From NCBI GenBank assembly GCA_977017645.1, contig OZ360220.1, forward strand, positions 94,054,001-94,118,000: DNA of 64,000 nucleotides. The letters are read 5' to 3'. The position numbers were made by a program, and so were the translations under genes. This DNA is from Torpedo marmorata. Taxonomy: Eukaryota. This document shows positions 23,597 to 37,897 of this stretch, piece by piece (positions within the stretch are counted from its first letter, which is position 1; each line of letters opens with the position of its first letter). Below the pieces are notes generated by a model. The model was given only the letters and a program-made list of their open reading frames with translations. It made no database searches and had not been told where the DNA came from.

Positions 23597-26336
23597 AAAT
23601 TTGGCAGGCCCAAACCCATTGCGCATGTGCTAACCTTTTCCCTGACAATTTAAAGAAATCGTCATCGAGCATGCACAGGCTGAAAAAACCCCAGCCCGTG
23701 CATGTGCAGAATAACCAAACAAATTTATAATTTAAAAAACCCTTCTTGAGAGAAGGGACACAACAACACGTAAAAACGCATCGCGCATGCGCGAATCAAA
23801 AAAAAAAGCCCCCGGCATTAACCCCTCCTCCATCTGGTAGGATTTTATATTTAATTTTTTTTTTCTGTATGTTTGTGTGGATTGGGGGTTGTGGTTTTTT
23901 TAAACAAATTTTGAACTAAATATTGTGTAGTTTATAAATTATATATTAATCTGCACATATTAATTGCTGATATTGATGTGTGATAATAATAGAGAATTGG
24001 GGAATTTTAAGTTTGGTTTACTCCTGTTTTTTGTAGATGTGTGTTATTATCAAGTGCTTTTTCTTGGGAGGGGTTCCTCTTAATTTTATTTTATTGTATA
24101 TGCATATATATAACGTTTTATAAATCCTTTACTATATATGTATTGGAGTTATATGTGTGGGGATATAATAGTAAGTTAGTTTGGCATTAACAAATATTAT
24201 AATGAATTAATGATTGGTTACTTGATTGTAGGGAATGATTATCACTTTAAGTTCATATATAAACTTAAGAAAGGAATTATTATTCCTATACATGTATTGG
24301 ATTGATTGGTTGTTATGGGGTTCTTTTTTTTCTCTCTGGGAAGGGAAAGTGTTAAATAACCCTTGATTTCTACAATTTACTAGGGTTTATTTTAACAATT
24401 TCAAGTTTGTTGGCTTGAGCTTATCCATCACAACCAAGTATTTTGGGGTTTCTATTACTTAGTGAGCGGATCTCCCTCATGTTGGGAGATCTTCAGTTTG
24501 GGGTGGGCCGGGAGTGGGGGTGTATTAGTTTAGTGGGTAGGACAAGGTTACCAAAATGTTTTGATTTATGTCTTTATGGATCCGAAATGGTGGTCTCCGG
24601 GGTTGGCGGAGCTCTTGGGTTAGTAACTGTTGAATAATTATTTAGTTGGAATGGTTCCAATCAACATAGTTTCATGGAATATTAAAGGTTTGAATGGCCT
24701 TATTAAACAGCGTAGAATAATGGCACATTTAAGATAATTAAAGGCAGATGTGGCCTTTTTTTCAAGAAACCCACATTAAAAATTCCGATAAAGATAAATT
24801 AATGTTTAGATGGAAGGGTCAATTTTTCCATTCCTGTTCTGAAGCAAAAATTAGAGGAGTTTCGATATTAATTAATCAAAATATTCCACTTGTATTACAT
24901 AACAGTATATTGGACAAACAAGGTTGTTATATTATTTTAATAGGTAAATTATATAATAAACTGATGGTATTAGCGAATGTTTATGCTCCAAATATTGATC
25001 ATCCAGTATTTTTTGAATTTTTTTCCTTTTTACCTGATTTAAATCAGTATTCACTGATTTTGGGAGGTGATTTTAATTGCTGTTTGAATACAGTTTTAGA
25101 CCGTTCTTCATTAAAATGAACAACTCTCTCTAAATCTGCAGTATTATTACATTCCTTTATGTCGAATTATGGTATTACAGATGTTTGGCATTTTTTATAT
25201 CCCACTAGTAGAGAATATATTTTTTTGTCCAATGTGCATCGTTGTTATACGAGGATAGGTTATGTGAATATCAAGGAATAGTGATTTCTGATCATGCTCC
25301 AGTTATTTTATCTATGAACTTCTATGATATCCCATTTATAAAAAGACTTGGAGATTTAATACGACCTCCTTGAAAATCAAGATTTTTTTAACTTTATGGA
25401 GAAGCAAATACAGTTCTTTTTTGCTACTAACTCTTCTCTGACGATGTCTAATTTGGTAGTTTGGGACACTATGAAAGCCTATTTGAGAGGACAAATTATT
25501 TCATATACTGCTAATATTAAGAAGAAATCTAATAAGGAAAGATCTGATTTAATTAACCAGATTAAACAAATTGACATACAATTTTCTCAAAATAAAAATC
25601 CGGATTTTTATGAGAAGAGTAGAGCTTAAAGCAAAATTTGATCTTCTATCTACTTATCCCATTGAACAACAATTGTTAAGAAGTAGAAGTTTCTTTTAAA
25701 TTCATGGAGAAAAAACTAGTAAGTTACTAGCTGGACAATTGAAAGGAATTTCTGCTAAAAAACAAATAAATAAAATTAGGATGTAAGATGGAAAAACGAC
25801 AACAGATTATCTTAAAATAAATGAGACTTTTAAGGAATTTTACTCTAACCTCTATAAATCAGTATTTGGTAATAATCATGACTTGATGTTGGAATTTTTG
25901 GATCGATCGAATCTTCTGGTACAACCTCAGGATGAACGTGCAAGCTTGGAGAAACCTATCTCTCAAGAGGATATAGCCCTCACTATTTCCTCGCTGCAGT
26001 CTGGTAAATCTCCCGGGCCAGATGGATTTCCTGTGGAATTTTATAAATCTTTCTCCAAATGGCTTGTACCTCATCTGAGTGTGGTATTGGGTGATTCGTT
26101 TAATGAGAGTGAGCTTCCCATATCTATTAATGAGGCCAGTATTTCCTTAATTCTTAAAAAGGGTAAATAATCGACTGAATGCACATTTTATAGACCCATT
26201 TCTTTACTTAATGTAGATATGAAGATTTTGTCTAAAGTATTAGCACATAGATTAGAAAATATTTTTCCTTTAATTATCGATTCAGATCAGACTGGATTTA
26301 TTAAAAATCGTTATTCATGTTATAACATTAATAGAT

Positions 26337-28265
26337 GGGGTTTTTTGGAATATTTTATTTTAAATTTTACATTTGCACACAGTAATACAACCATAAATAA
26401 TATACATTATTAATTTTGGTTAAAAAAACCCAAAAAAACCCAATTATATTTGTATTACATAGTGTATCTATCCCTTCCCTTAACCCCTCCCCCCAACCCC
26501 TTATATCTTCCAAACACTTCAAGTTAAAATTATTACTTAATATTAAATGTTACTGTCCCACCCTCCACCCTTTCCCTCCCTTTAAATTCCCTCCCCTTAC
26601 TAAAACCTAAAAAAGAAAAGAAGGTAATGTAGTATTACTTATTAAAACATCTGTACGGATCGCCGCTGGGTCCACAGCTCAACGCATGGTTTTCAACAGT
26701 ATTTTTATTATTTAAATTTGAGAGAGTCAACAGGGTCTAGGATGTAGAGCAACACATTTACATATTCATACCTAATGATTGGATATATGGACGCCAAATT
26801 TGCAAGAAGACCCCATATTTATTTCTCATATTATATGTTATTTTTTCCAATGGAATACAACTCCGCATCTCTGTATTCCATCTATCCATGCCTAAATTTG
26901 TATCTGATTTGCAAGTTACTGCTATACACTTACTTGCTACTGCTAAAGCAATTTTTTCAAATTTCAATTGATATGTTGATAACTTCAACTTTGGTCTAGT
27001 TCCTTCCACATTCCCTAATAAAAATAAATCAGGGTTTTGTGGAAATGTGACACCTGTAATTTGTTTTAACAAATTCCATAACTCCATCCAAAATTTTTTA
27101 CCTTAGAGCATAACCATGTTGAATGTAAAAAAAAGTTCCCTCTTCTTCACCACATCTAAAACACTTGTTTGATAATGTAGATTTTATCTTATTCAATTTT
27201 TGTGGTGTAAGATATAATTGATGTAAAAAATTATACTGTACTAATCTATATCTTACATTAATAGTGTTGGTCGCTATCTTGACATAAATCCGACCATCTT
27301 TTTTCATCAATTATAACATTAAGATCTTGTTCCCATCTCTGTCTAGATTTATGAAGTCCTTCTTTTAAGGCTCCCCTTTGTAACAAGGAATATACTATAG
27401 AAGTAAATTTTTTAGTATTTCCTTTCCTAATAAGAGTTTCTACCTCACTACAATTTTGTAACAACATATCCGGACCTAATTTTTCCCTTAAATATCCTCT
27501 TAATTGAAAATAACAAAAAAGAGTATTATTCGGTATTCCATATTTGTTTCTTAGCTGTACAAATGACATCAATTGATCCCCTTCATAACAATCTTCTATC
27601 TTCTTTATTCCTTTCTGTGACCATATATTTAAAAATTGATTATCTTTTGTAAAAGGTACAAGATTATTCTGTATCAATGACATTTTAGGTGATATAGTTC
27701 CTTTCATCCCTATCTCATCATTAATCTTGTTCCATGCAGTAATCAAATGTTTTAATAATGGTGTTTCTTTAACTCCTATCAGTAATTTTGAGTTCCATTT
27801 ATATATAAATTCTTCTGGTACTTTCTCTCCTATTTTTCCTAACTCTATTTCAACCCATGCAGGTCTTCCTTCACTTTCAAAAAAAGAAGTAACAAATCTC
27901 ATTTGTGCCGCTCGATAATAATTTTTTTAAATTAGGGAGTTGTAAACCTCCCAATTCATATTTCCATGTTAAATGTTCCATAGAGACTCTTGACATTTTA
28001 CCTTTCCAAAGAAATTTTCTCACTTGTTTATTTAAATCCTGGAAAAAAAACCTGCGGTAGTAAAATAGGTATAGTTTGATACAAGTATTGTATCCTTGGA
28101 AATATATTCATTTTAATACAGTTAACTCTTCCTATCAATGTAATAGGTAAATTAATCAATTTTTACAAATCTTCTTTAATCTTTTTAAGTAATGGTAGAT
28201 AATTCCATTTATATAAATTTTTTAAATTATTGTCTGTTCGAATCCCTAGGTATTTTATCCCATAA
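26337..28265 (-). mobile_element. 5'-truncated L1 nested in the opposite orientation
   Basis: 13-bp TSD AACATTAATAGAT (26324-26336 / 28266-28278); L1 ORF2 C-terminal ORFs 27258..27902 and 26758..27087. Confidence 0.92.
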
Positions 28266-30310
28266 AACATTAATAGATTGTTGAATATTTTATATTTACC
28301 TTCTACTCCGGCGACGGAATGTGTCCTTTCACTAGATGCTGAAAAAGCATTTGATTGGGTGGAGTGGGAATATTTTTTGCTATTTTAGATAAATTTAATT
28401 TTGGTTCTGATATTATTAAATGGATTAAGTTATTATACTCTTGTCCTATGGCCTCAGTTCGATCTAATTTACAACAATCAAATATGTTTTGGCTTAATAG
28501 AGGAACCCGACAAGGTTGTCCGTTAAATCCTTTACTTTTTGATATAGTATGAGAACCTCTAGCTGTTGCTCTTCGACATTGTAGAGAATTTAAAGGTATA
28601 ACTAGAAACGGAATTGAACATAAAGTATCTCTCTATGCAGACGATTTATTGTTATTTATTTCAAACCCTGAAGTATCTATACCAAATATACTAACCCTAT
28701 TTACTCAATTTAGTCAATTTTCAGGGTATAAATTAAACTACAAAAGAGTGAAATATTGCCTTTAAAAGCACCTTTTATTGGTTATTCTAATTTTCCGTTT
28801 AAAATAGTGAACGATCAATTCCAATACTTAGGAATAACAATTACAAAAAACCATAAAAATTTACTGAAATAAAATTTTTGGTATTAGTTAATAAGGTTAA
28901 ATTACAATTAACGGGTTGGTCACCCTTATCAGTTCCAATGATGGGCCGTATTAATTCGATTAAAATGAATATTTTGCCTAAATTTTTATATCTTTTCCAA
29001 TCCTTACCAATTTTAATTCCTAAATCCTTTTTTACTTCATTGGATTCAATTCTTTCTTCATATATATGGCAGGGAAAACATCCACGTATAAATAAATCCC
29101 ATCTTCAAAAAATTAAAAGGAATGGAGGGTTATCACTTCCAGATTTTAGATTTTATTATTGGGCGATTAATATTCGTAATTTGCTTTTGATAAGTTAGAA
29201 AATCGCCCATCCTGGGTGGAAATGGAATTAAAGTTTTCAAAAAAAACATCTATGTTAGCAATTTTAGGATCCTTTTTACCATTTTCATTTTTTAAATTAA
29301 CTCATAATCTGGTATTGAGATATAGGTTGAGAATATGGGCACAATTTAGAATTTTTTTGGATTTAATAGCTTTTCTCTGGCTAGTCCTATTATAGATAAT
29401 CACCTTTTCCAGCCGTCTGTGATGGATATAGGATTTAAGGAATGGTATAGATTGGGAATTCATAGTTTTAATGATCTTTTTATTCGAGATAGTTTTGCCA
29501 CTTTCGAACAATTGGTCAATAAATTTAATCTTACTAATAGACATTTTTTTAAATACTTACAAATTAGACATTTTGTTCAGTCTAAGATTTCAGATTTTCC
29601 TCGAAGTTTAAGTTCTAATTTTCTCGATTTACTTTTTAATATACGGTTTTTTTACCAACGTGGATTAATGTCATGTATATATAATAATTTATTGGAAATC
29701 AGAGTAGCTTCCATGACGGGGATCAAGAATGAATGGGAACGTGATTTGAATGTTACGTTTTCAGATCAAGATTGGTATAATGCTCTTGATCTAATTAACG
29801 CCTCATCTTTTTGTGCTGGACACTGTTTACTACAATTTAAAGTGGTGCATAGAATTCATATGTCTAAACTTAAACTATCTCGTTTTTACACTGATATAGA
29901 TCCATTGTGTGAGAGATGTAAAATTTTTGAAGCTTCACTGATACATATGTTTTGGGAATGCCCCAATTTGGAGAGATTTTGGAAGGATATTTTTAAATCT
30001 TTATCATTGATTTTTAAGATTAATATTGAACCATGTCCTATAATTGCTCTGTTTGGTTTTTCACGTGAACTTAACATACCTTTGTCTGCATCACAGGAAA
30101 ATGTTTTAGCTTTTTCCACGTTGATTGCCAGACGAGCAATTTTATTGAAATGGAAAGATGAGTTAACACCGACACATAGACAGTAGTTACTAGATGTAAT
30201 GTCCTATCTGAGTTTGGAGAAAATTAGATATAATATTAAAGATAGAAAGTTTCAATTTTTAAAGATCTGGGGGCCATTCATTGAATACTATCATGATTGG
30301 AAGAATTAAC

Positions 30311-31746
30311 AAAACTAACTATCCCGAGGACACTCTGTCTGATGCTTGGAGGTCGCTATAGGATCCATACCCTTTAACATCTCCCTGACCAGTGCCGTGG
30401 TACCAACGTGCTTCAAAGCCGCTACCATCATCCCCGTGCCGAAGAAGTCGACGGTGTCCTGCCTCCCTGTCGAACTCACATCTACCGTCATGAAGTGCTT
30501 CGAGAGGCTCGTCATGAGGCACATCAAGCTTCTGCTTCCCCCCTCACTGGACCCCCTGCAGTTTGCATATAGATCAAACCGCTCCACAGATGATGCCATC
30601 ATTACCACCCTCCACCTAGCCCTCACCCACCTGGAAAATAAGGACGCGTATGTTCGAATGCTGTTTATTGACTTCAGCTCGGCATTCAACACGATCATAC
30701 CTCAGTACCTGATAGGGAAGTTGAGGGGGCTGGGCCTAAACTACACCCTCTGTAATTGGATCCTAGACTTCCTGACGGGAAGACCTCAGGCAGTCCGGAT
30801 TGGAAGCAGCACTTCCAAGGTCATTACATTGAGCACGAGGGCTCCCCAGGGCTGTGTGCTTAGTCCATTGCTGTTCACCCTGCTGACTTATGACTGTGCA
30901 GCAAAACACAGCTCGAATCACATCATAAAGTTTGCTGATGATGCAACCGTGGTGGGCCTTATCAGTAAGAATGACGAGTCAGCATACAGAGATGAGGTGC
31001 AGTCGCTAATGGAATGGTGCGGAACCAACAACCTGCAGCTGAACGTGAACAAAACAAAAAAGTTGGTTGTCGACTTCAGAAGGGCCCGGGGATCATTCTC
31101 CTTTGACCATGGATGGCTCTACTGTTGAGGTCATAAAGAGTACCAAGTCTCTTGGAGTGCACTTGGCGGAGATTCTCAGCTGGTCCCTAAACACCAGTTC
31201 CATAGTCAAGAAAGCCCAGCAGCGTATTTACTTCCTGCGAAGACTGAGGAAAGTTCATCTCCCACCCCCTATCCTTACTACATTCTACAGGGGATGCATT
31301 GAGAGTATTCTGAGCAATTGCATCACCGCTTGGTTTGGAAACTGTACCACCTCGGACCGAAAGACCCTGCAGAGGATAGTGAGGTCAGCATAGAAAATTA
31401 TTGGAGTCTCTCTCCCCACCATGACAGACATTTACAACACACGATGCATGAGGAAGGCTAAAAACATTGTGAAGGACTTATCACACCCCTTTGGTAAACT
31501 GTTTTCCTCTTTGCCATCTGGAAGGAGGTACCGAAGCACTCGGGCTTGCACGTCCAGACTGTGCAACAGTTTTTTTCCCCAAGCCATCAGGCTCCTCAAT
31601 TCCTAGATATATATGTGCATTAGCATGTTATAGTTTTTCTATTGTATTATGATATTTATGTACATCTGCCCATGGTCCTGGAGAAACGCTATCTCGTCTT
31701 ACTGTGTATATGGTAATGAACGACAAATAAAGGTGAATTGACTTGA
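30311..31746 (+). mobile_element. Rex1/Babar-like LINE inserted just after the L1 ORF2 stop
   Basis: [33 protein letters not shown]; AATAAA plus (ACTTG)n-type tail. Confidence 0.9.
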
Positions 31747-32059
31747 CCCTTTTTTTTTCCTTTTTTACAATATCAAGGTAACCTTGCTTAGAGGGAGGGG
31801 TTAGAATAGATTAGTTATTAGTTTTTTTTTTCTTTTTTTTCTTTATTTTTATTTTATTTTGAAGTGTTTTTTTTAAGATAATTATACGGAACTAGAGTTT
31901 TAACCTATATTAAGAATTTAGTTACGACAATTTACTTAGTTTTTTTTTATATATATACATGTATGAATACCAGCTGATTTTTAAAATGTTTTTCTTAATT
32001 TTGTTACTCTGTATACATGTTTATTGTTGAAACTCAAAAAAATATTTTAAGAAAAGAAA

Positions 32060-32890
32060 GGAAATTATAGGCCGGTGAACCTGACATCAGTAGTTGGTAA
32101 GTTATTGGAAGGTGTTCTAAGAGATCGGATATACAATTATTTGGACAGCCAGAAACTGATTAGGGATAGTCAACATGGATTTGTGTGTGGTAGGTCATGT
32201 TTAACCAATCTTATAGAGTGTTTTGAGTAGGTTACCAGGAAAGTTGACGAAGGAAAGGCTGTGGATGTTGTGTGCATGGGCTTTAGTAAGGCCTTTGACA
32301 AGTTCCCACATGGGAGATTAGTCAGGAAGGTTCAGACGCTAGGTATTCATGGTAAAATAGTGAACTGGATTTGACAATGGCTGGATGGGAGAAGCCAGAG
32401 AGTAGTGGTGGATGATTGCTTCTCAGACTGGAGGTCTGTGACTAGTGGTGTGCCTCAGGGATTGGTCCTGGGACCATTGTTGTTTGTCATCTATATCAAT
32501 GATCTGGATGCTAATGTGGTAAATTGGATCAGCAAGTTTGTCTAGAACAATGAGGGAAGATTTGATAGAGGTAGTGAATGCGGGCTCAATTTTAACATTT
32601 AAGAAGAATTTGGACAGGTACATGGATGGGAGAGGTATGGAGGGCTATGGACTGGGTGCAGGTCAGTGGGACTAGGCAAAACAAATGGTTCGGCACAGAC
32701 TAGAAGGGCCAAAGGGGCCTGTTTCTGTGCTGTAGTGTTCTATGGTTCTATGGACAGATACATGGATGGGACAGGTATGAAGAGCTATGTACTGGGTGCA
32801 GGTCAGTGGGACTAGGCAAAAAACATGGTTTGGCACAGACTAGAAGGGCTGAAGGGCCTGTTTCTGTGCTGTAATATTCTATGGTTCTAT
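32060..32890 (+). mobile_element. CR1 RT right half with internal deletion and a tandemly duplicated 3' tail
   Basis: QHGF, KAFDK.PH, SGVPQG motifs; ~140-bp tail occurs twice (~32611-32751, ~32752-32890). Confidence 0.85.
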
Positions 32891-33011
32891 GTCCATGTCA
32901 ATCACTGAATGTTCCCACCATGTCCATGTCAAATATTCAGTGTTTCCATCATGTCCATGTCGAACACTGTGTTATGTGCATGTCACACACTGAGTGATCT
33001 CACCATGACAC

Positions 33012-33153
33012 GGTGGGAGGAACCGGAGCCCCCGGGGAAAACCCACGCAGACAGGGGGAGAACGTACTAACTCCTTACAGACAGCACGGGATTTGAACCC
33101 CGGTCCCGATCGCTGGCGCTATAAAGGTCTTGCGCTAACTGCTACGCCAACCG
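33012..33153 (-). mobile_element. V-SINE fragment at a satellite inversion junction
   Basis: Matches the 5' half of the SINE family. Confidence 0.8.
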
Positions 33154-33154
33154 A

Positions 33155-36100
33155 GGTGGGAACATTCAGTGTTTCACATGAACATGGAGGGAGCCTTCTG
33201 TGTTTGACCTGGAAAAACTGACAACACACAGTGCTTGATATGGACATGGTGGGAACACTCAGTGTTTGACAGGACATAGCCCCAACACATAGTTTGACAT
33301 CGACATGGTGTGAAGACTGAGTTTTGGACAGGGATATGGTGGGAGTGCTCAGTATTTAACATGGACAGGACTGTCAGAGCTCTGTGTTTGACAGGGACAT
33401 GGAGAGAACACAGTGTTTGCCATGGACGTGGTGAGAGAGCTCAATGTTTGCATTGGACATGGTGGATGCAGGCTGAGTTTGATATGGACATGGTGGGTGC
33501 ACTGTTTTTCACGGAGTTTGTGCGCTCAGTAACATGGACATGGTGAGAGCACTCAGTGTTTAACAAGGACATCGTGGGAACACTCAGGTTTTGTCACGGA
33601 GAAGGTGTGAGCACTAAATGTTTGACATGGACATGGTGGGAACACTTAGTATTTGTCATGGACATGGTGGGAATCCATAGTTTTTGACAAGGACATGGTG
33701 GGAATATATGCTTATGGAACTGGTAGAAACACACAGTATTTGACATGGACATGATGGAACGTTCAATGATTGTCATGGATATGATGGGAGCAGGCTGAGA
33801 TTGACATGGAAATGGTGGGAACACTCAGTGTTTGACATGGACATGGTGGAAGCAGGCTGGGTTTAACATGGACATGGTGGGTACACTCAGAGTTGGACAT
33901 GGTCATAGTGGGTTTAACATGGACATGGTGGGAACACTCAGTGTTTCACGTATTGGGCGTGCTCAGTGTTTGACCTGGGCATGGTGATTAAACTCAGTGT
34001 TTAACAAGATCATCATGGAAACATGAGTGTTTGTCATGGACATGGTGGGAGCCCTCACTGTGGGGCATGGAGATGGTGGGAGCACTCAGTGATTGACAGG
34101 GACATGGTGGGATCATTCAGTGTATGGCATGGACATGGTACATGTGCTCAGTGTTTGACATGGACATGGTGGGAAAACCCAGTGTTTGACATGGACGTAG
34201 TGGGATCGCTCAGAGTTTGACATGGTGTGAGTGCTCAGTAATTAACATGGACATGGTGGGAGGGTTCAGTGTTTGACATTAACATAGTGGGAACACTTAG
34301 TGTTTCACGTGGTGGGAGCACTCAGTGCTTGACATGGACATGGTGGGAACACTCAGTGTTTGTCATGGACATAGTGGGAATATTCATTGGTTGACATGCA
34401 CATGCTTAGAGCGCTGTGTGTTTGACATGGACGTGGTGGGAAGGCTCAGTTTATGACAGTGACATAGTGGGAACACTCAGTGATTGACATGGTCATGGTG
34501 GGGAAAATTCAATGTTTGACATGGACAGATGGGGAATGTTCACCATTTAACATCGACATGGTGGGAACATTTTGTGTTTGATATTGTATTGGTGGGAACA
34601 TTTGGTGTTTCACATGAACATGGAGAGAGTGTTCTGTGTTTGACCTGGACATAATGACAACACACAGTGATTGACAGGGACATGGTGAGTGCCCTCAGTG
34701 TTTTACTTGGTCATGGTGGGAACACTCAGTGTTTGACATGGACATGGTGGGAACACTCAGTATATGACATGGACGTGGTGGTAACACTCAGTGTTTGACA
34801 TGGACGTGGTGGGAACACTCAGTATATGACATGGACGTGGTGGGAACACTCAGTGTTTGACATGGACATGGTGGGAACACTCAGTGTTTGACATGGACGT
34901 GGTGGGAACACTCAGTGTTTGACATGGACATGGTGGGAACACTCAGTGTTTGACATGGACGTGGTGGGAACATTCAGTGTATGACATGGACATGGTGGGA
35001 ACACTCAGTGTTTGACATGGACGTGGTGGGAACATTCAGTGTTTGACATGGACATGGTGGGAACACTCAGTGTTTGACATGGACGTGGTGGGAACACTCA
35101 GTGTATGACATGGACATGGTGGGAACACTCAGTGTTTGACATGGACGTGGTGGGAACACTCAGTGTTTGACATGGACGTGGTGGGAACACTCAGTGTTTG
35201 ACATGGACATGGTGGGAACACTCAGTGTTTGACATGGACATGGTGAGAACACTCAGTGTGTGACATGGACGAGGTGGGAACACTCAGTGTTTGACATGGG
35301 CATGGTGGGAACACTCAGTGTGTGACATGGACATGGTGGGAACACTCAGTATATGACATGGACGTGGTGGGAACACTCAGTGTTTGACATGGACATGGTG
35401 GGAACACTCAGTGTGTGACATGGACGTGGTGGGAACACTCAGTGTTTGACATGGACGTGGTGGGAACACTCAGTGTTTGACATGGACGTGGTGGGAACAC
35501 TCAGTGTTTGACATGGACATGGTGGGAACACTCAGTATATGACATGGACGTGGTGGGAACACTCAGTGTTTGACATGGACATGGTGGGAACACAGTGTTT
35601 GACATGGACGTGGTGGGAACACTCAGTGTGTGACATGGACGTGGTGGGAACACTCAGTGTTTGACATGGACGTGGTGGGAACACTCAGTGTTTGACATGG
35701 ACATGGTGGGAACACTCAGTGTGTGACATGGACATGGTGGGAACACTCAGTATATGACATGGACGTGGTGGGAACACTCAGTGTGTGATATGCACATAGC
35801 CAGAACACAAAGTTTGACATCGGCATGGTGGGAAGACTGAGTTTTTGACAGGAATGTGGTGGGAGTGCTCAGTGTTTCAATGTACATGGCAGACAGCGCT
35901 CGGTGTTTGACAGGGACAAGATGGGAGCACTCGGTGTTCAGCATGGACACGGTGGGAGCGTTCGGTGTTTGACATGGACACGGTGGGAGTGCTCGGTGTT
36001 CAGCAAGGACAAGGCAGACATTGCTCTGTGTTGGACAGGGACATGGAGAGAACACTCAGTATTTGCCATGGACATGGTGAGAGAGATCAGTGTTTGACAT

Positions 36101-36401
36101 GAACATTGTGGAAGCAACCTCAGTTTGAGATGGAAATGGTGGGAGTGCACAGTGTCTCACATGAACAATGTGGAAGCAGGCTGGATTTGACATGTACATG
36201 GTGGGTACACTCAGTGTAACAAATAGACGGTGCGCTCAGCGTTTGACATGATGGGAACACTCAGTGTTTAATATGGACATGGTGGGACACTCTGTGTTTA
36301 ACATGGACATGGCAAGAGCAATCAGTGATTAACAAGGACACCTTGGGAACACTCAGTGTTCGACATGAACATGATTGGACATGGTGGGAACATTCAGTGT
36401 A
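33155..36401 (-). repeat. 31-bp satellite block in inverted orientation; homogeneous core ~34715-35790
   Basis: Monomer reads GACATGGACRTGGTGGGAACACTCAGTGTTT, the reverse complement of variant B. Confidence 0.95.
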
Positions 36402-37897
36402 TTGTTAAACACTGAGTTTAACCACCATGTCCAGGTTAAACACTGAGCACGCCAAATACATGAAACACTGAGTGTTCCCACTGTGTCATTGTCAAAATCT
36501 GAGTCTTGCCACTATGTCCACGTCAAACACGGTGAGTTTCCAACATGTCCATGTCAAACCCTTAGTGTTCCACCATGTCCTTGTTAAACACAGTGCTCTC
36601 AGCATGTCCATGACAAACACTGAGCGCACCCACTACGTGAAACACTGAGTGTAGCCACCATGTCCATGTCAAACACTATGGATTCCCACCATGTCCATGT
36701 CAAATATTGAGTGTTCCCACCATGTCCATGTCAAACACTGAATGCACCCACTCTGTGAAAAAGAGAGTGCACCCACCATGTCCATGTTAAACACTGAGCT
36801 CTCTCACCATGTCCATGTTAAACACTGAGCTCTCTCACCATGTCCATGTTAAACACTGAGCTCTCTCACCATGTCCATGTTAAACACTGAGCACTCCCAC
36901 CATGTCCATGTTAAACACTGAGCTCTCTCACCATGTCCATGTTAAACACTGAGCTCTCTCACCATGTCCATGTTAAACACTGAGCTCTCTCACCATGTCC
37001 ATGTTAAACACTGAGCTCTCTCACCATGTCCATGTTAAACACTGAGCTCTCTCACCATGTCCATGTTAAACACTGAGCTCTCTCACCATGTCCATGTTAA
37101 ACACTGAGCGCTGTGTGCCATGTACATTTTAAACACTGAGCACTCCCACCATATCCTTGTCAAACACTCAGTCTTCCAACCATGCTGATCTCAAACTATG
37201 TGTTGGGGCTGTGTCTTGTCAAACAATGAGTGTTCCCACCATCCACGTTAAACACTGAATGTTCCCACCATGTCCCTGTCAAACACTGAATGCTCCACCA
37301 TCTCAATGTCCCCCAGTGAGGGCTCCCACCATGTCCATGACAAACATTGAGTGTTTGCATGATGGTCTTGTTAAACACTGAGTTTAATCACAATGTCCAT
37401 GTCAAACACTGAGTGCGCCCAATACGTGAAACACTGAGTGTTCCCACTATGTCACTGTCAAAATCTGAGTCTTGCCACTATGACCATGTCAAACAGTGTG
37501 TTCAAACATGTCCATGTCAAACACTGAGTGTTCCACCATGTTCTTGTTAAACACTGAGTGTTCTCACCATGTCCTTGTTAAACACTGAGTGCTCTCGCCA
37601 TGACCATTTCAAATGCTAAGTGTACCTGCTGTGTGAAACACTGAGTGTACCTACCATGTCCATGTGAAAACCAGCCTGCTTCCACCTGGTTCATGTCAGA
37701 CACTGTGCGCTCCCACCACGTCAAATGCTGATTGTTCCCACCATTTCCATCTCAATCTGAGGCTGCTTCCAACATGTCCATGTCAAACACTGAATGTTCC
37801 CACCATGTCCATGTCAATCTCAGCCTGCTTCCATCAGATCCATGACAAACATTGAATGTTCCCATCTTGTCCATGTCAAACACTGTGTGTTTCCAAC
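36402..37897 (+). repeat. 31-bp satellite, forward orientation, with local variant C run (TAAACACTGAGCTCTCTCACCATGTCCATGT, ~36780-37110)
   Basis: Direct periodicity. Confidence 0.92.

Larger units (their letters stand above)
23597..32059 (+). mobile_element. 5'-truncated AT-rich L1 (inter-ORF spacer plus decayed ORF2) hosting two nested LINEs
   Basis: 12-bp TSD GGAAATTATAGG (23585-23596 / 32060-32071); FFQETH, LGGDFN, KSPGPDGF, RQGCPL, YADD and CCHC motifs; A-rich tail. Confidence 0.92.
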
